This document shows, piece by piece, positions 27,796-39,860 of a stretch of DNA of 64,000 nt. A model generated the notes under the pieces. The model ran no database searches, had not been told where the DNA came from, and saw only the letters and a program-made list of their open reading frames with translations. This stretch comes from Marsupella aquatica. Lineage: Eukaryota > Plantae > Marchantiophyta. The stretch's first letter is position 1. Each line of letters opens with the position of its first letter. The stretch covers positions 5,151,925 to 5,215,924 of the forward strand of contig OZ316896.1 in assembly GCA_973895155.1 (NCBI GenBank), given 5' to 3'. A program made the position numbers and the translations under genes.

Positions 27796-28862
27796 AAACC
27801 AACAAAACTGGCATACTTACAATGTAGGAAATGTAGGAAATGTCACTAATGTACTTAAATAATGTCATCAATGGATTCTTCTAATCCATCGCCATGATGT
27901 ACAGTAGTGAATTCGTACTTCTCAGTCTGTCTCAGAAGTGGAAAAGACAACAATCTACATTCGTTGAAATCCTCGTCCTTCAGATACTCCGCCACTGATC
28001 TCGTGTGCCACAGGCCACTTGGTTGCACGAGGAGGAGAAGTGTAGTATGAATCCCTCTGAATCCAGCTCCTTCCGATTCACAACACCAAGATTTCGAGGT
28101 CTTTAGTCGGGATTCAGGTAACTTAACTATACTGCTCTGAGATTTCTCGTCCTCCCTCCCTTGGCATCCATTCTTTGCTAGTCTTGGTCTTCTCTGTTTC
28201 TTTCTCTCAGTTCGGATGGGCTGTGAAGCTTCTGATAGAGCCTAGATGTGCAGATGTTCAGCTCAGGCTACATCCTGTGTGGGAATCGCTCATACTCTAG
28301 TTTCATCATTGGTTTGAGGAGTTTTGGACAATTGGGATCCTGGGTTTAAGACCATATCTCTCCAAGCTATGAAGGAAGGAAGGAATTGGAGGGTTGCTTG
28401 CTCTCTAGGTCGGCAGTTCATTTCCACAGCAATGCCCTTGAAATTAGAGTCTCAGGAACGGAAATCGGGAGTCATCGAGCTCGCGTGGTCTGTGGTTTGA
28501 AGTCTAGAATCGCCAATGTTGATGTTTTTCAGCCGTTACTTCGTTGCTATAGTAGTAATTCCAGGGGTTGATTTGTTTCCCAATCGATTCTGGATTGACC
28601 TGGCTTGCCTCATCAAATATTGGCTGGAAGGTCCCATTGTTTTTCGTCTTTTTTGGGGGGGGATTGGTTTATCTGACTCTCCGAGCTGTGCCTTTGCGCA
28701 GGAGGGAGGGAAGTGCAGCTCTGCCCTGCTCTACTCTGCTCTCCAAGCTGTGACGGGCTCCATACATGCCTCTAGTCTCGCTTCTCCTGCCTCGTTTTGC
28801 AGGGCTGAGGTCTTTGTGATCCTTGGGAAGCGCCCCCCAGCCGGCAGCTCAAGCCGGCAGTC

Positions 28863-31800
28863 ATGGCTTTTGCACCAGCTGCCTCTCCATTGCTGAATTG
28901 CTCCGCCGTCGGGTCAAGTACTGTTCGATGCAATGCAGAAAGAATGTCATGCCGTCGGAGCAATGGCTTCAAGGCTGTGGGCCAAGAGATCCTGTCCGTT
29001 AAACCCTCCTGGGCCGAGACTTGCAGAAAGAGTCTTCGGTCAGAATATCAGCATGCTTCGCCTTCTTGCAGGGAGGGAAGGTTATTTTCCCGAGCGCTTC
29101 GGTCATCTTCGTCGTCGTCCTCTTCGGTGGAGGAGGATGAGGCCATAGACGAAAGTGACTTTGAAGGTTCGCCGGAGGGGTCTAACGAGGAGTCCAGAGA
29201 CGATCTAATGAAGGTGGTGATGCAGAGGCTTTCTGAAGAGGATTTGGAAGAAGCTGCAAAGAAGTACAAATATGAAGATGAACTCTTTGCACAGATAGAC
29301 TTTGCACAGGTTTGTGAGTCTCTTTCCCTCTCGCTGGTCGTCCTTCACTCCCTTCCCCTGTATGACGCTCTGTGCTTGATGGGGAAATTTCAATCTTCGG
29401 TTTCAATCTGTGTTCCTTTGGCCTGCGCCGACTCAATGATCAGCACAACACTAATATCATTCTCTCATTGTTAAAACATGCTTCAGCATAGGCGATCACT
29501 TCTTCTAAAGCAATTTTGTTGATCCAATTTTGTTCTTTGTCGATGATGACAAGATCGTGTCCGATACCTGTTCTGAATCAGTAAATGGAAGGGCGGATCA
29601 TTTAGAGATGTAGACCTGTTCGAGCAGGAATCAGGTGGACATCGTTGTCATCTCTAAGTCTTCGAAACTGCTTTCTGTGAGGCTGGACGGTTTTGTTAGT
29701 TTGTGCAAATGCCCAACTACTTCCCCTACCACTCTAATAGGATTTTTGCTTCACTACCCAGAGAATGCGTCCATTCGCAAGGCATGACGAGGTCGGAATT
29801 GGAAGTGGTATGGCCTGTTGGTTTACGAACTCAGTTTTCCTTTTATTGTGGGTTTTCCAGATAAATGCTTTCACAAGTAAGCCCTTCAGTGGCAACCCAG
29901 CTGCAGTTTGCTATCTTCCATATGAGAGGGATGACAAGTGGTTGCAGCTGATCGCAAGAGAATTCAACCTGCCTGCAACTGCTTTTGTTGTGAAGCGGCG
30001 GGTAAGTAGAAGGAACCGGGCATTGGCACCTGAGGCTGGAGGCCCTTCGTTAATTGAGGTTGATGACAGTGGCGAAGGATTGAAGGCAGTTAAGAGGACC
30101 GTCCGTCCTATTGACAACGAATTTGACATTCGATGGTTCTCAACCACAGCTGAGGTGTGTCGACGGAAATGGGCAGAGACCCCTTGTCTATTCCCATATT
30201 CTTTCGAGGGACCGTGTGTTTAACGTGACGGTCAATCATTCATCAATATGCTTTTTCAGAGGCTTTAATCTGTCCGATTTGCGATAGACAACTGAATTTT
30301 GAAGCAAAGCCAGTCAACATAGGAATCAACTTACTGACAGACCAAACTTGCATTTGCGCAGTTGAACCTTTGTGGACATGCGACACTGGCGTCTGCACAC
30401 ATGTTGTTCTCGTCAGGGTTGGTGGATGGAGACATCATCCTCTTCCACAGTAAAAAGGGTCCTCTGACAGCTAGCAAAGTTACTGGGTACGATGAGTCTG
30501 AAGATTCTCAGGAAGGAGCTGAAGAGATTGAAGAAGACCCAGCCGCTAGGATGAAGGCCAAGGCGGAACTAGGAAAGGGAGTTGTTCAGCTAGATTTCCC
30601 TCTCGATGTGGTGTCCCAAGTTGATGTCTCAGAAGCGCAAGCAGTCGCAGGCGCTCTTGGAGGAGTGGAAACTGTGTGGGTTGGAAGAACTTCAAGTGGT
30701 GACTATCTGGTACATTCTCTCTCCCTATGCTCTCTCTCGTGGATATCGAATAATGATCCCCTCGGATGATTTGCTTAGTATAATCCGACGTAGTTGAGTC
30801 CACCCTAGCTAAATTCAGTTCATTCCATTGCCAGTCCTCAGTTCATGGTCGAAACCGGTGACTTCTTGAATCGCAAAAATTGCTGGATTCGTCTAACATG
30901 GACCAGGTCTTGATGGATCAGGTTTTAGGTTTTAAGAATTTTACAGCTTTGAACTAAACCTGTTAAACCTTACCCAGCTACTTGCGGATGAAATATGGTC
31001 TAGAATAATTATGGGGCTTATGTGCTTCGCTGAATTTGAATTAGTCATAGTTTTGCAAGGTTACCAGCATCGCCTCACGGAAGTAAGTGCCAACAGACAT
31101 TGGCGAATGTGATGTCTTTTAGGTTGGCTTACAAAAGTATTAAAAACATGAGATGGAATCCCGTAGAGGAATCTCTGCTGTACTTTGGGCCGAACAACTG
31201 ACCTGTCACCTAAAGTAGAGAAGGGTTGGAAGATCTGTACCAATTGATTTCTATCTTATGCTTCGATGAGATGTCCAGGTCTAGGTTTGAAAGGAACAAA
31301 TTCAGTTCTTGGGGTAAATGTTCCACCCCAGTAAAGCTTCAAAATGTTATTGAGCTCTACAGTTGTTGTACTATTTTTGCAGGTTGAGCTTCCTTCCAGC
31401 AAACATGTAGAACAGTTGGAGCCACTCACTGAAAGGCTGATTCAATTGCCTGGGAGAGGTGTCATTGCAACAGCATGTGCATCTGAAGACAGCGAATTTG
31501 ATATTATCTCACGATTTTTTGCTCCCAAGCTTGGCATCCCGGAGGTACAAGACCAGTTGCAGCGCTCCTGAATCTCTGTCCTTCTATTTTTTTATACCAA
31601 GCTTTCTGTGAAATGCTTGTAACGAGTTTGTGAGACGCGCAGTTCAGAGATTCTTTAACATACTATATCCCACCCAAGTGATATCTGGTCCGTTTCTAGC
31701 TCTTTGCCGCGTATGGCTGAAATAGATGTAAAAATGCTGTTTAAATCCTTACTTCAAATTTATTTTCTCCATCATTCTGACAGCATTAATAAACTCAACA

Positions 31801-32380
31801 ATGATGTCGATCACTCAACCGGTTGCCAGACTTGTTCATGATTTCCCTTCAGTTTTATTTACATCAATGCACAGCACCGGTAAATTACAATCCATTTCAA
31901 TAAGAAGTTATCACACTACATTGGAATCTTAACATTTTCTCAAACCGAACAAGAGCTTCTGCCACAGTGACGTCATAATCCGGAATTGACATTGCAGGAT
32001 CCAGTTACTGGCAGCACTCATTGTGCACTTGGTCCATACTGGGCTTCAAAGCTTGGAAGGGAGAACCTGCAAGCTTTTCAGGTTGTTCTCTAATGTTTTA
32101 GAATACATTTTATCCACCAGCTTATGGTTTCTGAGTCCATTCTTTGCTCATTAGCTTTGCTTCCATTTATTTCATAGGAATGTCATCCTAATTCACGACG
32201 TTGAAATCGTCACAATTGCTTATCGTGATTATAAATACTGGTTTCTGTTCTTTGATTCAGGCCTCGCCGCGTGGTGGTGAGCTTTCTGTTCGAGTGGACT
32301 TAAGAGCTGGTCGCGTTTACCTGAAAGGTGGTGCAGTTCTTCTCATGGCTGGGACACTTCTGAATACCTACCGCATGTAG
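28863..32380 (+). CDS. PhzF/PhzC phenazine-biosynthesis-like (DAP-epimerase fold) protein with plastid-type transit peptide (~484 aa, 6 exons)
   Basis: Exons 28863-29309, 29861-30154, 30362-30709, 31383-31544, 31998-32081, 32261-32380, all phase 0 and GT-AG. Motifs [77 protein letters not shown]. N-terminus MAFAPAASPLLNCSAVGSS is Ser/Arg-rich. Possible 5'-UTR intron ~28118-28802. Confidence 0.9.
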
Positions 32381-34283
32381 AGTAAGTACTGTGCCTTATA
32401 TGATTAGTTTCTACTCCGTCCAGTCAAGAAACGAGCAATACAAAACTGGAGCAAACTCCCAATTTTCATATCCAGTGTTAGTTGTGGGCTGACGGACCCA
32501 CAGGAAGGTTAGCAGGTGCTGTTTACATTGTGAGTTTTTCAATTGGATCTCATAATCCCAGAGCAGCGGCTTGGATAGGAATTTTAAGGAAGAAAATGAG
32601 TGTTCTATTACATTTCCTTGCCAAATTAGTGACAAGGGGGGTTATAGCTGTTTGAACGTAGTTTTCCCTGCTTTAGACTTTTGGCTCTCGTCTCAGAGTC
32701 TTTTTTCAGGTGATACGTGCTGGTGCTTTGTTAAAAACAAGAGTTACGGAAAAATATCTGGCGAGTACACTGAAGAGAAGGATATCTGGGGCATCTCTCT
32801 TTTGGTTTATGTTAGAGGGATCAGCAGCCTTCTGGGTTCACAAGCTTTTGAACATGCATACGTTCATGTCTCTGACAGGACTAGCATCCTGGTTGTGAAA
32901 ACCTGTCCAGACATCGTTTGATAGGAGCTCTGGGATAGGTCTCAAGCAGAGAAGTCACTATTTAGTGGTACTCAACATTCGCTTGATATGGAGTTCCTGA
33001 AAGTTCAAATGAAAGTGAATCAAGTCATTTGGATAGTAGGTGCCCGACCATAAATTAAATTAATGCGTGAAGAGGGATCCTCATAGATGGCCCGTAAGTA
33101 CTGTCCATTAGTTCCGTGAGTATTAAGGGAAAAGATCTATAAGATCCTGTTGTTCCTGTGCTGTCTTGTGAAGGCTTATGGATGTAATCTCTTAAGATCA
33201 AACCTGTATTGTGGAAAGACATTTCTCAGGCATTGTTTCCAAGGCAGGAAGCATATATGCCCATAGGAGGCAAACACTGAAAGAAAGTACTGTCTATCGA
33301 GGCCTAGCACGATTCACGACAGTACATAGTCACCAAATGTTATCCAGGATGAACTGTGATTCATTCGTCCTACCCTACCTTGTTAACCTTCTATTTTAAT
33401 ACATGCATAGAGATGCACCAATCAAACAGTTTTTTCTAATGGTCTCTTCACATGTGCCACTTTGCTACACCCTTCACGGTTATTCGTGTTAGCATCTAAT
33501 TAGTGTGAGTGGGAAATTAGTGCCACTAACAGTAAGTGGAGAATAGGGCTTGTGTACCAACTTAGGCTGCCCTATATAACCTCAAGAGCAGACCATGACG
33601 TTGGCAAGATGTTCAGATGGGCTCTCTACATTAGCATGATTGGACCATTCTCAACATTACTTGTTTCGATCGTATGATGTCTCACCTTTTGGGTGTCCAA
33701 AAGAGCTCTGGTCTATTAGAGTCCTAAGGTAAAACTCCCCAATGCAGTCGTTGAGACTTGCTGGAGACACTTAAGTCCAGGTAGTTCAGGCTTGGCAATA
33801 TGATGATCGAATCTAGACGCAACGTCACGCTGGTCGAAGTTTCCCAATGTTCATGTCGCGGCTACTGGAAGTCTAACCGCAGACTGCTCTCCAAGGGTCT
33901 TTGGGTCCAGGCGCGGGCTGTGCCAACTACTCTTGCTTGGGTCCTGGCGCGGATCACGGTGGTCTTAATATAGGGCGGAAACCAGTGATCCTCCCCACAA
34001 TGTTTCCCTTCCCATCTTTGGTCTTGGCTTTTGACAACTTCACATCGATGCCTCTGTGATGCTCGTATGGAAGCAGGAACTACCCCACTCTGGAAAGGAA
34101 ACAATTTGCTGGCCACAGAATCAAACTAATACCCAAATTGACACAAAGGATTGTGAAGTCAAATACCCAATAAGGGTGCTGCCATGACAGGCTTGATGTG
34201 AGCAACCTTTCCTCCATTCAATTTATTCGATGCGAATTTCCAACTCTATGCACATTAATCCTAACGATAAAGAGCCAATAAAA

Positions 34284-35140
34284 GGTCGAGCTGGTGAAGG
34301 TCTACATAGACGTTCTGGCCCTTCGCGTAATGCATGTACTGCCTGACCGGAAGCAGTTTTTCCACCCGAAGAGAAGACAATATTGAGTCAACCTCAACGG
34401 CATCCAGCCCTCCTCTGTGGGCCAAGTCCCAAACAGCTCATGGTCATCTCACCATGCAGAGTGCACGTAGGCGCGAAACCAATCGAGGTAGTAAAGTAAA
34501 GGAAATACCTCCAGCACAATAGCCCGCCGGGCGAGCAAACAGAGAATCAACATTGTGAGATCCATGAGGAGACACATACACATCCGCCTCTGCCATCACA
34601 CTGACCTACCGGAAAAAGTTCCCCACGAACTCGTTACCTTTTTCACAGACACCCCCAGCTAGCTCCCTCGCCAGGACAGCCTCCACTTCATCAGCGTTCC
34701 TAATCTCTCTGGACGAATTCAGCCTGTTGACAATCACCACATCCTTCGAAGGCTTTCTCCTCTCCATATATCCCCTTGATCTCACAATGAGACGGCACCT
34801 CCTGTCTTAGCCAGTCATTTGATTCAGTGTCGGGTACATGACCTGCATTTGTCACACCAGAGAAGAGCACGGCATCTCCAAAGCAGATGGCCTTCCCCCT
34901 ACGTTCCGGAACAGGGGAGAATTTCACATCCAATTCATCTGCAAAAGCCTTTACCAGCCCAACAGACCACAAAGATGTCACCTCTGGCACCGGATCTGTA
35001 ATCCAGTAAAACGAGGAGCCATTCAATCCATAAAATCGAGAGAGGAGGATTGCCGGAATCAGCTTCTCGGCCCTCACTTTGTGCCCATTGGGCATCAATT
35101 TCATGTCACCCACCATCTGGGTTCCTTTTCCTGGATCCAC
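34284..35140 (-). pseudogene. Glycosyltransferase family 61 (GT61/DUF563) pseudogene fragment
   Basis: Minus-strand translation across frameshifts: KDVVIVNRLNSSREIRNADEVEAVL...FFR*VSVMAEADVYVSPHGSHNVDSLFARP / AIVLEVFPLLYY...MHYAKGQNVYVDL, the typical GT61 C-terminal pattern (R..R.I.N..EV; QV..M..ADV.VSPHG; VLEVFP; QNV.VD). In-frame TAG at 34606-34608, a later TGA, and about 3 frameshifts. Confidence 0.75.
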
Positions 35141-35799
35141 ACTGCGAATTGTTCTCTGACATGCACCTTTCCATCCTTTGTAAAGATCAGAAACTAGATC
35201 GATCAGTCCACCAACGTTTCCTATACTACCACCTTAAATTAGAGTTACTAGCCAGTGCCGGTGCTTTGAACATATTGAATCGAGGTAATACATTCAAGTT
35301 CCCTCTCCCATTTTTAGAGACTCGCCCTGCACCCAATCTTTGCTTTCGACTTGCACTCCCAACGTCAGTTACCTCCCAGAGTCAAGGTCTAGAGACTTCA
35401 CTCCCCAGAGTCATGGTCTAGAAACTGCACTCTAGACAGTAGGCCCTCAAAAAAGTAGCCATAGATTGCAATTGTATATTATAGATCTTTCTTACACTGT
35501 ATATGATCCACTAGCCACATTGACAAGTTGGATTGCTTTGTCCTAGTTTTGCCAGCACTAGGACAAAGCAATCGAACAGGTTTTCACCAATCCCTGCCAG
35601 CTGGGAGTTTAGCAAGCTGGTTTGGCGCTAGCCCATATGGGTTACTTTGTGAAGGGTCCAATTATGACCTTCCCCACCCATCTCTCATTTCACACACACC
35701 AAAAAGGTCGAAGCAGAGGTCAACTGTGTACCATGAGAAAATAGCTGAAGCCTCCCTTGCTGCAAAGACATTTGATCAGACATGCAAAGGCTAATCAGA

Positions 35800-36003
35800 G
35801 TGATGACATGCTGGAATGTAGGACACCAGCCCCCATGCATTCTTAATTTACATGCGGAGTATGTGGTGACATGCTTGAGTATAGTACACCAGGCCACCAG
35901 CCCCCATGCATTCTTATTTTAATTAATATGTGGAGTATGTGGTGGCATGCTAGAGTGTAGGACACCAGCCCCCATGCATTCTTAATTAATATGCGGAGTA
36001 TGT
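35800..36003. repeat. Tandem repeat, ~70-bp unit x3
   Basis: caccagcccccatgcattctta at 35824, 35895 and 35964, each followed by atg(c/t)ggagtatgtg. Confidence 0.85.
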
Positions 36004-39000
36004 GCAATGCTTGAAGATTAATTAACATTCATTTTCAACTATTTATTACCTCGGGTTTATTACCAATAAAATGAAAATAACAAGGGGTCACAATCACAGG
36101 GTGTACTTATTTAGGTACACCCTTTTTTTGGGCCCCCTTTTTTCAGAGGGCTGCTGTTGCCCTGTGTGGCATGCTGGGTGGTGCTTGTGGTGGGTATGCG
36201 GCTGCTCTCTGATGTTATTTGGGTCCTGGCTCGTTGATGCCTTTTTTGGCTGTTTTTTCACGCTGGCTGTGGGGTTTTTTTACGGCCCACAAGTTTTTGT
36301 CAAATTAAAAAATCAGTCCAAGGAAGAGTGCACCTACATTAATCAATTGCTATAGCACACTTCAGATTTTATCTTATTCATATTTTTGTGTCATGTATTT
36401 TCATTTCAATCTGCCTTATGAAGGGGCAGCCTTTGTATCCTATACATTTTTAATTAATTTTTAGACCCCTTTAGTTTTAGGTATTTTTGAACTTATTTTG
36501 GCAGCCCCCTTTCACAATATGTGTTTTCTTAGAGATGAAACCAAAGGCTCTACCACCACCACTAGTGAGAGAAATGATGTTGAAGAACATAGCCTCTTAA
36601 GTTCTCCTCATGTTTTTCTTTCCTAGGTTTATGGTTTTTATTGAAAGGAGTGTCATTCATAAGGCACCCTGAGTTAAGTGCGCACATGGTAGCATCGTTT
36701 GACTGTACCTTTTCTTGGTCAGTGTGCTTTTCTTGGCAGACACTTTACTTATATAACAGGTATATAACAGCATTTCTATGCTCTCATATTTTATTTATTT
36801 TTAGATCACTACAAGACAAAACAAATAAAGCATGTTCCAAGATGAGCATGCTATATGCTAAAAGCATTCATTGATAAGTGTAGTGGACAATTACACATGG
36901 TAGCTTCATGCACTTAATTATCCAGTCCATTTGTGCACTATAAGTTTTCTGGGTTCTAGGAGTCCAATAAGTATGACCTAAAAAGACACTTGCCGTGCCA
37001 CAGTCCATAAGTGATTTCACATGCAATTTGTGCAGTATAAGTATTCCAGGTATAAGCAGTCCAATGTGTATGACCTGAAAAGAGGCTTGCCGTGCTTTAG
37101 TGCACAAGTGATCTCACATGCACTTATTGAAAAGTGCAACATGCACATGACTGTGGAGAAGTGCATAAATGACACCAATGCACTTATGGATAAGTGCAGG
37201 TTTGGGGAGTCTTCTTGTTAGCCTGCCCTTAGACACGGTAGACGACTGTATTCGAGCAACCCGGCCTAAGATTCAGGATTCGAGCAACCCGGCGATGGCG
37301 TGCAGGATTCATTGATTGCCTTGTTGGTGGGATAGGTTTACACAAAACCAAGATAATCAACTGCTCAGCGGGCTGCTCAGTCCTCAAGATTCTTCAAGTC
37401 ATGAGAGACCCAAGAAGCGAAGCATGATTTCACTTCCAATTCGTTGGTTACGTCGATCAAGTCTGCTGTCAAGCTCGAGGTCAAGGTACTCCAAAGAGCT
37501 GCTCTCAGTCTCTCACTTCAGCTTATAGATCAGCTCAAATCATGCTCAAATCACGCCGTGCCGAGTTTCTTAAGTTTCTGGTTTCTTGCTGCAAAATCGA
37601 CCGATCAAAGGATTTACCGTGTGTATAATTAGTATGTCAGCCAAGCTTGCTTGACTCTGAGATCGGATCTGAGCATGAGGCGTTGTGTACTCTTCCGGGC
37701 CACTCGAAATTCCTGTGCACGTACATAAAGTGTTGCTATAATGGTTATGCTTCCGCAGTCTAATCGATCGACTGAATGAAGCACATGCAACAAGATTTGG
37801 CGTTCTAAACACGGTACGTTTCTGGCTTTCGGGTAGTTATGGGACAAATGAAATTAGACTCTTATTCTTTCTTAGTCGCTGTAAGTTCCTTTGGCTCCAT
37901 GCTGAAGATCCGAAGAAGAACGGTAAGCTCGAGCAACTTACGAAAGAAGAACAAATGGAACGCTACTTAATTAGACGCCGTCTTGGCTTTAAGGTATCAG
38001 CGACCATCGATCGCAAGCAATGGTCAAGAGAAGCTCCCAAAGTTTTCGCAATCCAGTGTAGGAAAAGCCCACTCAGGCACAAAAGAAACCGGATTGGAGA
38101 CCAACGTACTGAGGCAGATTTCGCGTTGGAGGAGCTAGAGTCTCAGTTACAAGTACTTCTCGCATGACGCAATTCAGATCCACAATCGGAGCGATGTACA
38201 AAATCTAGGCTTGTAGATCGCGCAAGTAGGGGCAATTCAATGGGACCGAGAACTCTTGTAAAGTTATATAGATAGGAATATTCTATACATCACACATTTA
38301 TAATTATTTCCGAGGCCATCGATCGATCTAAGTTCACTTCAAGCCTGAAGTTTCTGTTTTGTCTGTGAAGAGCATATTTGCATTCTTAGAGCATCGATCA
38401 AACTCCAACATTCAGCTACTGTCTAGCTAGAGCTAGTATCTATAAGGAGAATTTCCGTCCGTCCAGCAATGCCTAGATCCAGGATATGGAAGTAGAGTTC
38501 TGTTGAGGTACCTGAGAGCTTAATTTAAGCAAGAATGCCAGTATAGAATTTTCATAATGTACATAGACTAGTAACTAAGAAGTCATGTAAGTAACGGATT
38601 GAGTGGCTAGCGCCAAGTCTACTTTGAAACAAGGGCCAAGATCTTGTTTCCATCATTCTCCCAAACTTAGAAGCCTTTCTCTCAATGAATTGAAGACTAT
38701 ATGCTCCAATCTGATCGATCAAAGCCACGTACAGGCTCACTACTGCTGCACAAAGCGCAAACCAAAATCCAACCTGGTCTATTCATTGAATTGATTTCTC
38801 CATCGTACTCAATTGGGCTCCCATCACTGTACGAGCACCCAAGAAGTTCCGAGGCGTGGGAGACCACCAGCAGCTAACATTTACAAATACCTCAGTTGGC
38901 TGAATGATGAGTATAACTTAGTGATGTAATAGTTTGGGAGGCATTGCAATTATATTGCATCTCGTATTGCGTCCTTGATGACGAACTGTTCTAAGCTGCC

Positions 39001-39059
39001 TGCAGGACCGTGACCCTTCAGATCGAGACAAGTGCTGAACTCTTTGGCAGATTGATTCA

Positions 39060-39860
39060 CTACACATTCTTGGTGCAGGTAGCTTCACTGGCGGCGACCC
39101 CTTGGGCAGGTTGATCACATTGAGCTTCAGTCGCGCGTTTTTGTCGATAAGCAAAACTCCTGCTGGCGTAAGAAGAGGACACTGGAGAGACTGGGAATCC
39201 GATGCCATGCCTCTTTGAGGGAAAGATAACAAAAAGCGCACTGACAGAGAACCCAACCAAGGCGGGAACGATCGTCACAACGTCCTGATCGATGTTAGGA
39301 TAGAAGCAGGCGCGAATGTTGGAAGTCATAAGTGCACACGCCGAGAACACTGTTAGCGAAAGAATCGAGTGTATGACATCGATCCATGTCAACTTGTACT
39401 CCTCGTTGTCTCCCGGATGAAGCGCGACGGGAAGCTGCGGAGTCCACAACCCATTGCAGGTGACCAGCCCGTAGTAGATCTTTCCATCTGCGGCTTGGTA
39501 GCTATCGGTGTAACACGAGACGAAACAGAAAAATGCAAAGAAGGAGACCACCGCGATCGTGAGCCAAAATTCGAACTTATCGTCACATGCGCCATAGTCG
39601 GTAATGATCGGTGCAATTGCGGTGAATGCCAAGAACGTTCCTGTGGGCAGAAGATTGGCCAGGTTAGATGCACCGGTGTATAACCCATTCACGAGGGTAG
39701 CGCAAGGGTTCGTTGCAGTGCTAGAACTCGCGTCAGCTACAGTTGTTCCGGATGTCGAACTGGTATCGGTGCCCCGTGCGACCACTCTCGGTACCAGAGG
39801 TTCCGTCTCTTGCGTAGAAGACGTCGGCAGCAATGTTTCCGTCAGTCGAGAGCTCGTCAT
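39060..39860 (-). CDS. DMP: DMP (DUF679 domain membrane protein), single exon, 266 aa
   Basis: ATG at 39860 (MTSSRLTE). Family motifs ASNLANLLPTGTFLAF, CFVSCYTDSYQAADGKIYYGLVTCNGLW, YKLTWIDVIHSILS, CFYP, FVIFPSKRHGIGFP; four hydrophobic segments. Confidence 0.93.
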   Translation of the reverse strand: MTSSRLTETLLPTSSTQETEPLVPRVVARGTDTSSTSGTTVADASSSTATNPCATLVNGLYTGASNLANLLPTGTFLAFTAIAPIITDYGACDDKFEFWLTIAVVSFFAFFCFVSCYTDSYQAADGKIYYGLVTCNGLWTPQLPVALHPGDNEEYKLTWIDVIHSILSLTVFSACALMTSNIRACFYPNIDQDVVTIVPALVGFSVSALFVIFPSKRHGIGFPVSPVSSSYASRSFAYRQKRATEAQCDQPAQGVAASEATCTKNV

